DNA of 64,000 nucleotides from Christensenellaceae bacterium (GTDB lineage Bacteria; Bacillota; Clostridia; Christensenellales; UBA1431): NCBI GenBank assembly GCA_963675355.2, contig CAXXMZ010000004.1, positions 1,077 to 65,076 of the forward strand, read 5' to 3'. Shown piece by piece: positions 19,026 to 28,110 of this stretch (position 1 is its first letter; each line of letters starts with the position of its first letter). The notes under the pieces were generated by a model. It saw only the letters and a program-made list of their open reading frames with translations, ran no database searches and was not told where the DNA came from. The position numbers and the translations under genes were made by a program.

Positions 19026-19169
19026 TTATGAAATTTTTGTAAATTTTGTTTCGGTGCATTTGGGGCACGGTGGAAGTGTATCCGTATTATCATCAAGAAC
19101 AACTTTTTGACCGCAATTAGTGCATTGATATGTACCTTTTCCTGGCTTTTCTCCTGTTGAATAAGTCAT
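19026..19169 (-). CDS. Small zinc-ribbon protein
   Basis: MTYSTGEKPGKGTYQCTNCGQ..PPCPKCTETKF has two CxxC pairs. An RBS-like aaggagatga lies upstream of the internal ATG. Confidence 0.6.
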   Translation of the reverse strand: MTYSTGEKPGKGTYQCTNCGQKVVLDDNTDTLPPCPKCTETKFTKIS

Positions 19170-19272
19170 GGAATCATCTCCTTTCTTGTAATATCTTAGC
19201 AGATTAACAATATCACAAAGGAAACATGTCGGAAACAGATTCGACAATATAACATAAAAAAGGAGTTTAATT

Positions 19273-20520
19273 TTGCAAATAACAGAGAATTTAATATTAG
19301 AATGTCTAAGGGAACTTGAAAAGATAGCATTGTCGAAACAAAGGTATCAAGAATATTATGAAGGCAAGCATAACATCTTAAAAGATTATGCTATGCAGGA
19401 CAGCAGAAGTAACATGAAACTGGTTTTCAATTTCCCTAGAAAATTCGTTGATAATGAAACAGGTTATCTATTAGGTAAGCCTGTTAATTTTGTGTCTAAA
19501 ACAGATAACACTGAGATTATCGATGCCATTGACATAAATACAAGTCACTGGGATAAGGAGCATAATATTAACCTTAGAAAACAAAGTGAAATATTTGGAG
19601 AAAGCTATGAACTGAATTACATTAACCAAGACGCAGAGTTTAGTGTTACGATATTAAACCCATTAAATGCTTATGTGCTGGAAGACGGAACTGCTGAGAG
19701 GAATGTATTGTTAGCCTTACATAAGTTTAACAGAAGGTTTGATGATAAAAGTTATCTTGATGTATATACAGATAAAGAGATTATTCATTACGAGATAGAA
19801 AATAGAGATGGCTTAATAGAAACAGGCAGACATAATCATATCTTTGGTAGAGTGCCGGTTATTGTATGCATAGCAAATACAGAGAGAAATAGCGGTTTTC
19901 ATGACGTGATTTCGTTAATCGATGCATATAACGCCATTAACTCTGATCTATGTAACGAAATAGCTGACCATAGAAATGCTTATCTGGTAATTGAAAATGC
20001 TAAGATAGAAGAAGACGATTTGCTTAAAATGAAATCTATGGGTATTATCCAAGTGCCTAAAGGCGGGGAAGTTAAGTGGCTCACAAAGGACATAAACGAT
20101 TCTTTTGTGAAAAACGAGCTAGAGAATATTGAAAGAAAAATATATGACATGATGGACGAAGTGAATTTCAATGAAAACTGGGCTAGCAATACTTCATCGT
20201 TAGCTTTAAGGAACAAACTATTAAACCTTGAAAACAGGGTGTCAATGCGTCAAGCTATTATGGAAAAGGTAATAAAAAGCAGGCTAAAGAACCTATTCAT
20301 CTTTTTGTCAAAGAAGCAAGGCAAACAATATGATTATAGGGACGTAGTAGTGAAATTCACAAGAAACCTTCCGACAGATTTGGTTTCCATTGCAGATATC
20401 ATATCAAAACTACAAACAATATGCTCTCAAGAAACACTGCTCACGTTACTGCCTTTTGTAGAAAATCCGAAGATAGAAGTAGAAAAATTCAAATCAAATA
20501 ACGCCGTAGAGGGCGTTTAA
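19273..20520 (+). CDS. Portal protein (SPP1 gp6-like)
   Basis: 415 aa, directly after terL. The N-terminal ..YQEYYEGKHNIL.. is as in SPP1-type portals. Confidence 0.75.
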   Translation: MQITENLILECLRELEKIALSKQRYQEYYEGKHNILKDYAMQDSRSNMKLVFNFPRKFVDNETGYLLGKPVNFVSKTDNTEIIDAIDINTSHWDKEHNINLRKQSEIFGESYELNYINQDAEFSVTILNPLNAYVLEDGTAERNVLLALHKFNRRFDDKSYLDVYTDKEIIHYEIENRDGLIETGRHNHIFGRVPVIVCIANTERNSGFHDVISLIDAYNAINSDLCNEIADHRNAYLVIENAKIEEDDLLKMKSMGIIQVPKGGEVKWLTKDINDSFVKNELENIERKIYDMMDEVNFNENWASNTSSLALRNKLLNLENRVSMRQAIMEKVIKSRLKNLFIFLSKKQGKQYDYRDVVVKFTRNLPTDLVSIADIISKLQTICSQETLLTLLPFVENPKIEVEKFKSNNAVEGV

Positions 20521-20677
20521 AACGTTAGGGGTATAAATATGCCCTGCACTAAAAAATAGAGCGTTACAGGCGAAATTAGAGAATTTAATATGTTGTCAAA
20601 AACAAGCTACAAACCCTTTTGTTATGGGCTTTGTGGCTGATTTAATTTAAAAATTTATTTGCCCGTTTGGAGGTGAC

Positions 20678-20839
20678 ATGTTGGGTAGATTAGATAAGGA
20701 AACAAAAGAAGAGATGATATTTTGGATTAATGATAAAGGCGTTATTGAATACAATAAAACGTGTGCTAGATGCAAGCGTGATTGTAAGCAGTCCTTTAGG
20801 GTAAAGATTCATAGTTGTCGTAAATATGAAAGAAGATAA
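20678..20839 (+). CDS. Small Cys-rich phage protein
   Basis: ATG 20678 follows ggaggtga. The 53 codons include CARCKRDCKQ..HSC. It is too short for the ORF track. Confidence 0.4.
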   Translation: MLGRLDKETKEEMIFWINDKGVIEYNKTCARCKRDCKQSFRVKIHSCRKYERR

Positions 20840-20897
20840 ATCAAGAATACGTTTTCAGGTTTATGAGTTGAAAGGGTAAATAATAGGAGGAAAGAGA

Positions 20898-21497
20898 ATG
20901 GATATAGAACAAGTAAAAGAATATATGGAGTTAAATAAAGATACAGATCTTCAGGAGTTGAGTGAATTAACTGTTGAAGGTGTAAAAGAGTTTATAGAAT
21001 CAGACGAAAATGCTAAGAGGTGGTTTGATTCAGTTAAAGACAAACATTTATCAAAGGGACTTGAAACTTGGAAAAGTAATAATCTTGAAGGTCTTATTGA
21101 TAAAGAAATTAGAACTAGGTTTCCGCAAAAAGACGAAAAGGACATCGAGGTAGAAAAACTAAGAGCAGAAGTTGAAAAGATGCAACAAGAAAAACAAAGA
21201 GAAGTTCTAACTAACAAAGCACTAAAAATTGCTAACGATAGAAATCTTCCAATTGATTTGGTGGATTTTTTTATTGCTGAAAATGAGGAAGTTACGGTAG
21301 AGAACCTATCTGTGTTAGAAGATGTGTTTAGTAAATCTGTTCAAAGCGAAGTGGAGAAAAGATTAACTGGTGGTAGCTACATACCACCAAAAGATAATAC
21401 AAAAACAGTTATTACTTTAGACGCTATTAAAAATATGTCCCAAACAGATATAAACAAAAATTGGGACAGCGTTAAAGAATTATTAAAAAACAGGTAA
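20898..21497 (+). CDS. Capsid scaffolding protein
   Basis: It is acidic and coiled-coil rich (KLRAEVEKMQQEKQRE), has a strong RBS, and lies directly upstream of the capsid gene. Confidence 0.7.
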   Translation: MDIEQVKEYMELNKDTDLQELSELTVEGVKEFIESDENAKRWFDSVKDKHLSKGLETWKSNNLEGLIDKEIRTRFPQKDEKDIEVEKLRAEVEKMQQEKQREVLTNKALKIANDRNLPIDLVDFFIAENEEVTVENLSVLEDVFSKSVQSEVEKRLTGGSYIPPKDNTKTVITLDAIKNMSQTDINKNWDSVKELLKNR

Positions 21498-21506
21498 GGA
21501 GAAAAT

Positions 21507-22337
21507 ATGTCAGTATTAAATTTTATACCAACGATATGGTCGGCAAGACTCAATGAAGGATTCAAACAAAACTTAGTGTATGGGAACTGCATTAATACAG
21601 ATTATGAGGGCGAAATCCAAGGTGAAGGTTCAACGGTTAAGATTAACTCAATAGGGGAAGTAACGATAGGAGATTATGATAAAGTAGCAGGTATCGGTTC
21701 ACCCGAAGAACTAACATCAGAGCAAAAGTCGTTAGTGATTGATCAAGCTAAGTATTTTAACTTTCAAGTTGATGACGTTGATAAAGCGCAAGCAAATGTT
21801 GACTTATTAGAAGCAGGAATCAAAGAAGCAGCCTTTGGGTTGGCTAATACAGTTGATAAATATATTGCTGGGTTCTATACAGAAGTAAAGGCAGAAAACA
21901 TTATTGGAGATGACACAACCCCAATAGTACCAACTAAGGATAATGCTTATGATTATTTAGTAGACTTAGGAGTTATTCTAGATGAAAACAGCGTGCCTGA
22001 GGATAATCGGTTTGTTGTGTTGCCTGCTTGGTTCTATGGATTGCTAGTAAAAGACCCAAGGTTTACTAAAGAAATGAATGTTATGAGGACAGGGTTTGTT
22101 GGAAATATAGACAACATGGCAGTATACAAATCAAACAACGTTCCAAGCACTACTGGAACAAAATACAAACTCATAGCAGGTCATAGGTCAGCAATTTCAT
22201 TTGCCGGACAAGTTGACTCAGTTGAAGCATATAGACCAGAATCACAGTTTAGCGATGCTGTTAAGGGACTACAAGTTTATGGTGCTAAGTGCATCAAACC
22301 AGAAGGCATTGCAATACTTACAGCTAATAAGGCATAA
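21507..22337 (+). CDS. Major capsid protein
   Basis: 276 aa. The MSVLNFIPTIWSARL.. N-terminus is typical of P22-coat/N4-gp56-like capsid proteins. It sits after the scaffold gene. Confidence 0.8.
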   Translation: MSVLNFIPTIWSARLNEGFKQNLVYGNCINTDYEGEIQGEGSTVKINSIGEVTIGDYDKVAGIGSPEELTSEQKSLVIDQAKYFNFQVDDVDKAQANVDLLEAGIKEAAFGLANTVDKYIAGFYTEVKAENIIGDDTTPIVPTKDNAYDYLVDLGVILDENSVPEDNRFVVLPAWFYGLLVKDPRFTKEMNVMRTGFVGNIDNMAVYKSNNVPSTTGTKYKLIAGHRSAISFAGQVDSVEAYRPESQFSDAVKGLQVYGAKCIKPEGIAILTANKA

Positions 22338-22410
22338 GAAGAATAGAATATTATTTATATGGGGTGCATTTAGGTGCATCCCTATATTTTTTAAGAGAAG
22401 AATGGAGAAT

Positions 22411-22869
22411 CTAAGCGATAGTATATTTTTCAAAGAAAGAAATCGAAACTCCATCAACATCGTATTTTTTAGTAACTTTAAAACCATGCTTGTGGTAGAA
22501 ATAGTGGTTTCTCAATTTATCAGAAGGGGTCTGCAATGACCAATGTACGGCGTCTTGAAAGCAAGTATCAATAAAATTCATAGCAAGTTGTCCTATTCCC
22601 TTGTTTTCATAGTCAGGAGTAACGCAAAAACATCCTAAATAATAATCACCATCACCATTATTCTTAATAATGAAATCTCCGACAACATTATCGTCACAGA
22701 GTATTTTATATACAATACTATTTGATATACTTTCGACCATGCTATCATGAGAACGATTATATCCTGGACAAACACCGTACTTTACAAAGTCGGAGTAAAA
22801 GCTCTGATTCTGCACAGAAATCAAGATATCAGCATCTTCAATTACGGCACGCTCAAATTGAATATTCAT
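22411..22869 (-). CDS. GNAT N-acetyltransferase (moron, convergent with the capsid gene)
   Basis: Acetyl-CoA motif CVTPDYENKGIGQLAM. ATG 22869 (MNIQFERA) follows gaggag. Confidence 0.85.
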   Translation of the reverse strand: MNIQFERAVIEDADILISVQNQSFYSDFVKYGVCPGYNRSHDSMVESISNSIVYKILCDDNVVGDFIIKNNGDGDYYLGCFCVTPDYENKGIGQLAMNFIDTCFQDAVHWSLQTPSDKLRNHYFYHKHGFKVTKKYDVDGVSISFFEKYTIA

Positions 22870-23047
22870 AGGAAGTCTCCTCATAGTCTTCTAGTTTTGA
22901 TGACAGATGCTTCGTGGCTTCAAGAAGAACACTTGAGCCTTCTGCCCATTACACTTATTATCCTATATCCATTACAGTATAACAAGTTTTTATGCGGTAT
23001 CCTTGCAAAAAAAACACCGCAAATATATTTATAAAGGAGTAATTATT

Positions 23048-23206
23048 ATGGCTTGGTATTTAAATAAAGAAACAGGACTCAAGTGGGAAGTGATAGATAA
23101 AAACTTGATTAAAAGGCTTTTAAAAAATAATTATCATGAGATTGTTGAAGAAAAGAAAGATAGCAAATCTAATTCTGCAAAACCAAAGAATGAAATTAAA
23201 AAGTAG
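23048..23206 (+). CDS. Hypothetical small phage protein
   Basis: ATG 23048 follows aaggag; 52 codons; it heads the connector genes. Confidence 0.4.
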   Translation: MAWYLNKETGLKWEVIDKNLIKRLLKNNYHEIVEEKKDSKSNSAKPKNEIKK

Positions 23207-23214
23207 GTGACGAG

Positions 23215-23523
23215 ATGGATGGATTAGCTTTAATGAAAGAACTACTGGGTATAGATGTCTTGGACACTTCAAAAGATAGTATCCTTAATCATTATATTAA
23301 TAAGGCAAAGCAGATTATATTAGCATATTGTTGCTTAGCAGAGTTATCAGAAGAGTATACCAATGTAATTATAGATTTTGCAGTCTATCTATATACGAAT
23401 AGAAATAACGTTGGTGTTGTTAGTAAAGCTGAAGGTGAAAGAAGTGCAACATTTGAAATTGGCATTCCAGAGGACATAAGACTTGCTTTGCCACTGCCCA
23501 GAATAAAGGTAGGTGGATACTAA
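23215..23523 (+). CDS. Head-tail connector (gp6-like DNA-packaging/adaptor protein)
   Basis: Called on size, position, and an N-terminus of the gp6-like family (L..K..LGID..DTSKDSILNHYI..A). Confidence 0.6.
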   Translation: MDGLALMKELLGIDVLDTSKDSILNHYINKAKQIILAYCCLAELSEEYTNVIIDFAVYLYTNRNNVGVVSKAEGERSATFEIGIPEDIRLALPLPRIKVGGY

Positions 23524-23786
23524 TGTTTTATGAAACAGAAATAAAGGTGCTAGATAAAGATTTAGTAGAAGTTAAAACCTTGTATGGAGATATGCAGCCT
23601 TATGACAAGGTAATGAATTTTGAAGATGACATCGAACTTGAAATTAGATATAGAGTGTTTTGTGGGGGAGGAGTATCCTTAAGCACAGATAACTACTTTT
23701 TGATTGAAGGAACTATGTACAAGGTTATGGATGTGAAAAAGTGGAGCGATCATTATGAAGTGCTAATATATGAATGCAAAGCGTAG
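23523..23786 (+). CDS. Head-closure / head-tail adaptor protein
   Basis: 87 aa. Its start overlaps the previous stop (TAATG), and it sits in the usual position. Confidence 0.5.
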   Translation: MFYETEIKVLDKDLVEVKTLYGDMQPYDKVMNFEDDIELEIRYRVFCGGGVSLSTDNYFLIEGTMYKVMDVKKWSDHYEVLIYECKA

Positions 23787-24365
23787 GTGGACATATTGAA
23801 AAAGATAGATGATTACTTGGAGTTTCTACTTAAAGAAAAAGGAGAAAGTATTCTTTATAAAGGACAGGAGCAGAAGGCAATAATTTCAGATGCAACCGAT
23901 AATATTAACTTTTACGATGATAAATACATAAGGATAGATTTTGAAATTAGAACAGGAGATACAATCGGATATCAAAACAACATATGGCTTGTTATTAGTG
24001 AAATAGATAAAAACAGACTATCCTATAAGGCTAAGATAAGAAAAAGTAATTACAATATAAAGATAGTGGTTGAAGAAGTGTTATGTGAATTCATCTCAAT
24101 TATTGAAGGCGTTAATTTAGGAATAGATGTAGGAAAGTTTATGAGCCTTGAAGATGGCAAAATAAAAGCAACTGTACCAGCAGATGATATTTCAAATAAT
24201 ATAGATACTAATATGAGATTCATCAAGATGGGGAAGGCATGGAAGGTAGTAGGAGTAGATAAAAGCAAGGTAGGACTTAACATACTTCATTGTAAAAAAG
24301 ATGTGTATAGTGCAAACGATGATAAAGAAGACGAAATCGCAAACAAAGACAGAATAGAAGTGTAG
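23787..24365 (+). CDS. Phage protein of unknown function (last structural-module gene)
   Basis: It has a GTG start abutting the previous stop. A decayed copy of its 3' end lies at 33804-33946. Confidence 0.45.
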   Translation: MDILKKIDDYLEFLLKEKGESILYKGQEQKAIISDATDNINFYDDKYIRIDFEIRTGDTIGYQNNIWLVISEIDKNRLSYKAKIRKSNYNIKIVVEEVLCEFISIIEGVNLGIDVGKFMSLEDGKIKATVPADDISNNIDTNMRFIKMGKAWKVVGVDKSKVGLNILHCKKDVYSANDDKEDEIANKDRIEV

Positions 24366-24367
24366 AG

Positions 24368-24394
24368 GACTACCCAGAGTGGTAGTCTTTTGTT
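24368..24394 (+). terminator. Hairpin plus T-run after the structural module
   Basis: gactacc (24368-74) pairs with ggtagtc (24381-87), followed by ttttgtt. Confidence 0.5.
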
Positions 24395-24419
24395 ATGTGT
24401 ATATTAAGGAGAGTGAAAA

Positions 24420-24551
24420 ATGGATAAATCGATTGAATATCTATTGAGTTTAAACATACTAAACGAACTAAAAAGTATGGATTTAATTTTGGAAGACGAG
24501 TTTATTAAAATAGATTTAGAGAACAAGAAATGTTTTAAAGAGGTAGCTTAG
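24420..24551 (+). CDS. Small protein upstream of the serine recombinase (function unknown)
   Basis: ATG 24420 follows aaggagag; 43 codons (MDKSIEYLLSLNILNELKS..). Confidence 0.35.
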   Translation: MDKSIEYLLSLNILNELKSMDLILEDEFIKIDLENKKCFKEVA

Positions 24552-24624
24552 ATTTAAGTTGATTAACTGGGGACATAGATATATCATGTGACACACCAAA
24601 AATAACATAAGGGGAGGAATAAGC

Positions 24625-26235
24625 TTGGCAAAAGCGGTGGTCATTAAGCCAGTAGAATACATGGCTTTTAACGGGAAATCGGTAAACGAAGTTAAGAAAG
24701 TAGCAGCTTATTGTAGGGTAAGTACGGATAGCGAAGAACAACTAAATAGTTATCAAGCTCAGGTTTCATATTATAAGGCTCTCATTCAGAATAACACTGA
24801 ATGGGAGTTTGTTGATATTTATGCTGATGAAGGCATATCAGGAACCAATTCATTAAAAAGAACCGAGTTTCTAAGGATGATTAAGGATGCTAAAGACGGG
24901 AAAATAGATATAATACTTACAAAATCAATTTCAAGGTTTGCTAGAAATACAGTAGACATATTGCGGTACACTCGAGAGCTAAAAGAATATGGAGTAGCAG
25001 TTAAGTTTGAGAAAGAAAATATCAATACAATGGAAGCATCAGGAGAAATATTCCTTACAATATTTAGTTCTCTTGCACAAGAAGAAAGTAGAAGTATTTC
25101 TGAAAACTCAAGGTGGGGCATAGTTAAAGGATTCAAAGACGGTAAAGTGTTTTGCAATACTACTAGATTCTTAGGATATGATAAAGATGACAACGGCAAC
25201 CTTGTAATAAATGAAAAGGAAGCGCAAATAGTTAGAAGGATATACCAAGAATACCTAGATGGGAAAAGCTATAGCTCTATCGCTAGGGGTTTGGAAAAAG
25301 ATAATATTCCAACAGTAACGGGAAGCAAAAAGTGGTGGGATAGTTCAGTAACAATAATATTAACAAACGAAAAATATTATGGTGCACTCCTACAACAAAA
25401 GACAGTTACCATTGATTTTTTAACGCATAAGAGAGTCAAGAACAAAGGGTTTGCTGATAAATACTTAATAGAAGATAACCATGATCCAATTATATCAAAA
25501 GAAGTGTTTGAAAAGGTGCAAGCAGAGAAAGAACGGCGGGCTAAGCTAAAAAACAATATCAAAAATGATAGGGGGAAGTATTCTAGCAAGTATCCTTTTA
25601 GCGGGAAGATTGTATGTAGTAAATGCGGTAGCACATATAGGAGAAGAACGTGGAACAGCGATAAAAGTTGCAGAAGGGTGGTATGGCAATGCAAGACGTA
25701 TGTAAAGGAAGGAAAGAATGAGTGTGATGCTAAAGCAGTATATGATGAAGTAATAGAAGATGCATTTGTAGATGTATTCAACAGAATGAAAACGGATAAA
25801 GATGGGTTTATTCAAGTTTTATCAGATAACATACAAAAGGTGTTAGCACAAAGTGGGTATATGGCAGATATTGAAAAACTTGATAAGGAAATCAAAGACA
25901 AAAAAGATGAACTAAAAAGCCTAATTAAACTTCAAACTACAGGCGTGGTTGATAAGGAAGTATACAATGAAGAATATGAAAGGATATCTAATGAACTTAA
26001 TGAATATCGAGATAGGAGAGCTAAGTATGAAAAAGACGTGAGAAGAAAAGAAGAACTAAGGCTTAGAACAGATGAGATAATGAAAGTATTACATGACAGG
26101 GTAGGTTTATTAGAACAATTTGATGGAGATATATTTAATGCGTTGGTTGAAAAGATAGAAGTTATCGAACCAACGCATTTTGTTTTTGTATTGAAGAGTG
26201 GGATGAACATGGAAGTAAATGATAATATTTGTTGA
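24625..26235 (+). CDS. Large serine recombinase (integrase)
   Basis: It has the resolvase catalytic domain AAYCRVSTDSEEQ, a recombinase domain, a zinc ribbon (CSKCGS..C..C) and a C-terminal coiled coil. TTG start follows ggggagg. Confidence 0.95.
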   Translation: MAKAVVIKPVEYMAFNGKSVNEVKKVAAYCRVSTDSEEQLNSYQAQVSYYKALIQNNTEWEFVDIYADEGISGTNSLKRTEFLRMIKDAKDGKIDIILTKSISRFARNTVDILRYTRELKEYGVAVKFEKENINTMEASGEIFLTIFSSLAQEESRSISENSRWGIVKGFKDGKVFCNTTRFLGYDKDDNGNLVINEKEAQIVRRIYQEYLDGKSYSSIARGLEKDNIPTVTGSKKWWDSSVTIILTNEKYYGALLQQKTVTIDFLTHKRVKNKGFADKYLIEDNHDPIISKEVFEKVQAEKERRAKLKNNIKNDRGKYSSKYPFSGKIVCSKCGSTYRRRTWNSDKSCRRVVWQCKTYVKEGKNECDAKAVYDEVIEDAFVDVFNRMKTDKDGFIQVLSDNIQKVLAQSGYMADIEKLDKEIKDKKDELKSLIKLQTTGVVDKEVYNEEYERISNELNEYRDRRAKYEKDVRRKEELRLRTDEIMKVLHDRVGLLEQFDGDIFNALVEKIEVIEPTHFVFVLKSGMNMEVNDNIC

Positions 26236-26414
26236 ATATTACATTATTATGGATCAAAATTGTGTTAAATATAATATTGCAATCGTCATCTGTAACATTA
26301 GTCAGTAGTAACCAATTTGGTTAATACTGAAAATGAAATAAAAAGCAATATGTTACAGAAAACTAAGACGCGAGAATTGTAGCATGATGCAAAAAAATAG
26401 TAAGGAAGTATTGG

Positions 26415-26500
26415 TACATGACGGGACAGGTTTATGATTTGATGGGCATATATTTAATGCGTTGGTTGAAAAGATAGAAGTTATCGAATCAACGCATTTC
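26415..26500 (+). pseudogene. ~85-nt scrap of a serine recombinase 3' end
   Basis: catgacgggacaggtttat..gatgggcatatatttaatgcgttggttgaaaagatagaagttatcgaatcaacgcattt matches 26093-26180 of the intact gene, with an internal deletion. Confidence 0.8.
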
Positions 26501-26655
26501 AATTTATATGAAGTTTAATACATGTTTTAAGGTTACGTTTAATAAAAAGTTATTCAGTTTATATATTAACTACAGTACTTAAAAAAGGGTTCAATTCTTA
26601 TTTTGAGGGGACAGGTTGTAAATATTTTTTATATTATACAAGTTAGGAGAGTAAA

Positions 26656-27279
26656 ATGAAAAAAAGTAAATTATTAATCATTGGTATTGTTGTAGCATTA
26701 GTTCTGGTCGGTGGTGCATATGCTGTATGGACTTCACAAGTAGATTTTTCTATCAACGCTAGTTCAGGTGATTTAGATGTTGAGATTAACAGCGTATCTA
26801 TTGGCAACGTATCAAAATACGTTGAGTTTGGAAAGAATTCGGTTTCGATATCCGAAGATAAAAAGTCAGCAAACATTAATCTTGAGAACTTATATCCAGG
26901 GGCTTCTGCAAGTGTAGTGCTTATGGTAGAAAACACTGGAACATTGCCAGTAAAACTAGAAAAAGCCATACAAAAAACAATAAAGGTTGTTGATACAAAA
27001 ACAAACAAAAAAATGGGACATGATCTTATGAAGGATCTTAATGTTGCATATTCGTTAAATGTTGTTAATGGCACTAAACGAGTAGCTAACGGAACTGGAC
27101 AAACTGTATACGGGGCACATCAGACAGTTACAATTTTAGATAATTCTGATATTGTTTTGCAGCCTGGGGAATCTGTTGCAATTAATATGACGATAGAATT
27201 AAGCAAGTCTGCTGAGGAAAAAACTGAAAATAAAATATTTAGTTTCTCGTTTACTCCATATTTTGTACAAGCAAATTAG
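26656..27279 (+). CDS. TasA/camelysin-family secreted fibre protein (SipW-type signal peptide), probable major subunit
   Basis: The signal MKKSKLLIIGIVVALVLVGGAYAVWTSQ resembles TasA ..LVGGGTWAAF. It carries NLYPGASASVVLMVENTGTLPVK and is followed by a strong terminator. Confidence 0.7.
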   Translation: MKKSKLLIIGIVVALVLVGGAYAVWTSQVDFSINASSGDLDVEINSVSIGNVSKYVEFGKNSVSISEDKKSANINLENLYPGASASVVLMVENTGTLPVKLEKAIQKTIKVVDTKTNKKMGHDLMKDLNVAYSLNVVNGTKRVANGTGQTVYGAHQTVTILDNSDIVLQPGESVAINMTIELSKSAEEKTENKIFSFSFTPYFVQAN

Positions 27280-27301
27280 ATTAAGGGACTATAATTAGTT
27301 T

Positions 27302-27333
27302 AATCCCGAGCATAAGCTCGGGATTATTTTTAT
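27302..27333 (+). terminator. Rho-independent terminator
   Basis: aatcccgagc (27302-11), loop ataa, gctcgggatt (27316-25), then atttttat. Confidence 0.85.
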
Positions 27334-27426
27334 AACTTGGGATGTTTATAATACTTTTTATCAGTTTATATAGTTTACAAGAAGTGAAATCGAAGCAATA
27401 ATAATTCAATTTGCGGAGTGAAAATC

Positions 27427-28036
27427 ATGAAGAAAAAAAAAGAGAGGTAGATGGATAATTGTAATTATAACAATAGTATTATTGCTTTCCGGTGTTGCGT
27501 ATGCACAGTGGATAGAAGCAATTGATATTGTAATAAGTACGAAGACAGCAAATACCGATTTAGTAGCAGTGAGCTTTAGTGAGAACTCTAAACTAACTGA
27601 TAACGTCAATGTTGATATTTTATCTAAAACGAAAGGTGTTGTTAAAATAAGCTCAATTCAACAAGGAGGATATGCTACTATAAGAATTATTTTTGAGAAT
27701 ACTGGGACAATCCCGATAAAAGTTGATGGCATTAATATATCTGATGCTAGTTCATCAGATAGCAGCAAAAGTATTTCGGCAGAGATCTGTGCTTATGCAA
27801 ATGAAAAGAGGATTGTAAAGAAAATTTACAAGCTAGATAAGCTGGAATCAGAAACAACGATAGAGATGAACAACAAATTATCAGGAATACCCGTTGGTCA
27901 AGAATTAGTTTTGGTTGTAGAAATTTCTTATAAAGATAATGGAAATGATAAAGCAAGCAAAAACAAAAACGAGCTTAAAAGCCAAGATATTACGTTTACT
28001 ATTAGCCCAGAGTATTCAAGGTTTAACGAAGGATAG
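27427..28036 (+). CDS. Second TasA/camelysin-like paralogue; the start codon is out of frame because of an A9 tract
   Basis: ATG 27427 is followed by the A9 run 27433-27441 and then a stop. With A8 the frame reads MKKKKRGRWIIVIITIVLLLSGVAYAQWIE.. into the 27482-28036 ORF. It shares IIFENTGTIPIKV with the first paralogue. Confidence 0.6.
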
Positions 28037-28110
28037 TTTCTATTAAGTATATGATGCACGAACTTATTATCAAAAAGATTGTTTAATGATAATATTATAC
28101 GGGGGAAACC

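Larger units (their letters stand above)
8130..26265 (+). mobile_element. Integrative phage-like island with capsid/packaging genes but no tail, lysis or repressor genes (defective prophage or capsid-forming satellite)
   Basis: Gene order: RdRP-like polymerase, SF2-like ATPase, ParB-MTase, TerS, Tyr recombinase, TerL, portal, scaffold, MCP, two connectors, one unknown, serine recombinase. The right boundary is inferred from the loss of homology about 25 nt past the recombinase stop when compared with the remnant at 38990-39787. The left boundary is approximate. Confidence 0.6.

Noticed and set aside
22201..22539. 112-codon + strand ORF overlapping the end of the capsid gene and the GNAT gene.
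   Set aside because: It overlaps two well-supported genes and is antisense to the GNAT gene. It has no start context.
23787..26265. Hidden tail or lysis genes at the right end of the island.
   Set aside because: Only one 192-codon ORF, one 43-codon ORF and the integrase fit in this interval. Nothing there resembles a tape-measure, tail tube, holin or endolysin.
26240..26655. A c-di-GMP or other riboswitch upstream of the TasA-like genes.
   Set aside because: I saw no conserved riboswitch-like core by eye. The region instead contains a recombinase scrap. A covariance-model scan would be needed to exclude it properly.
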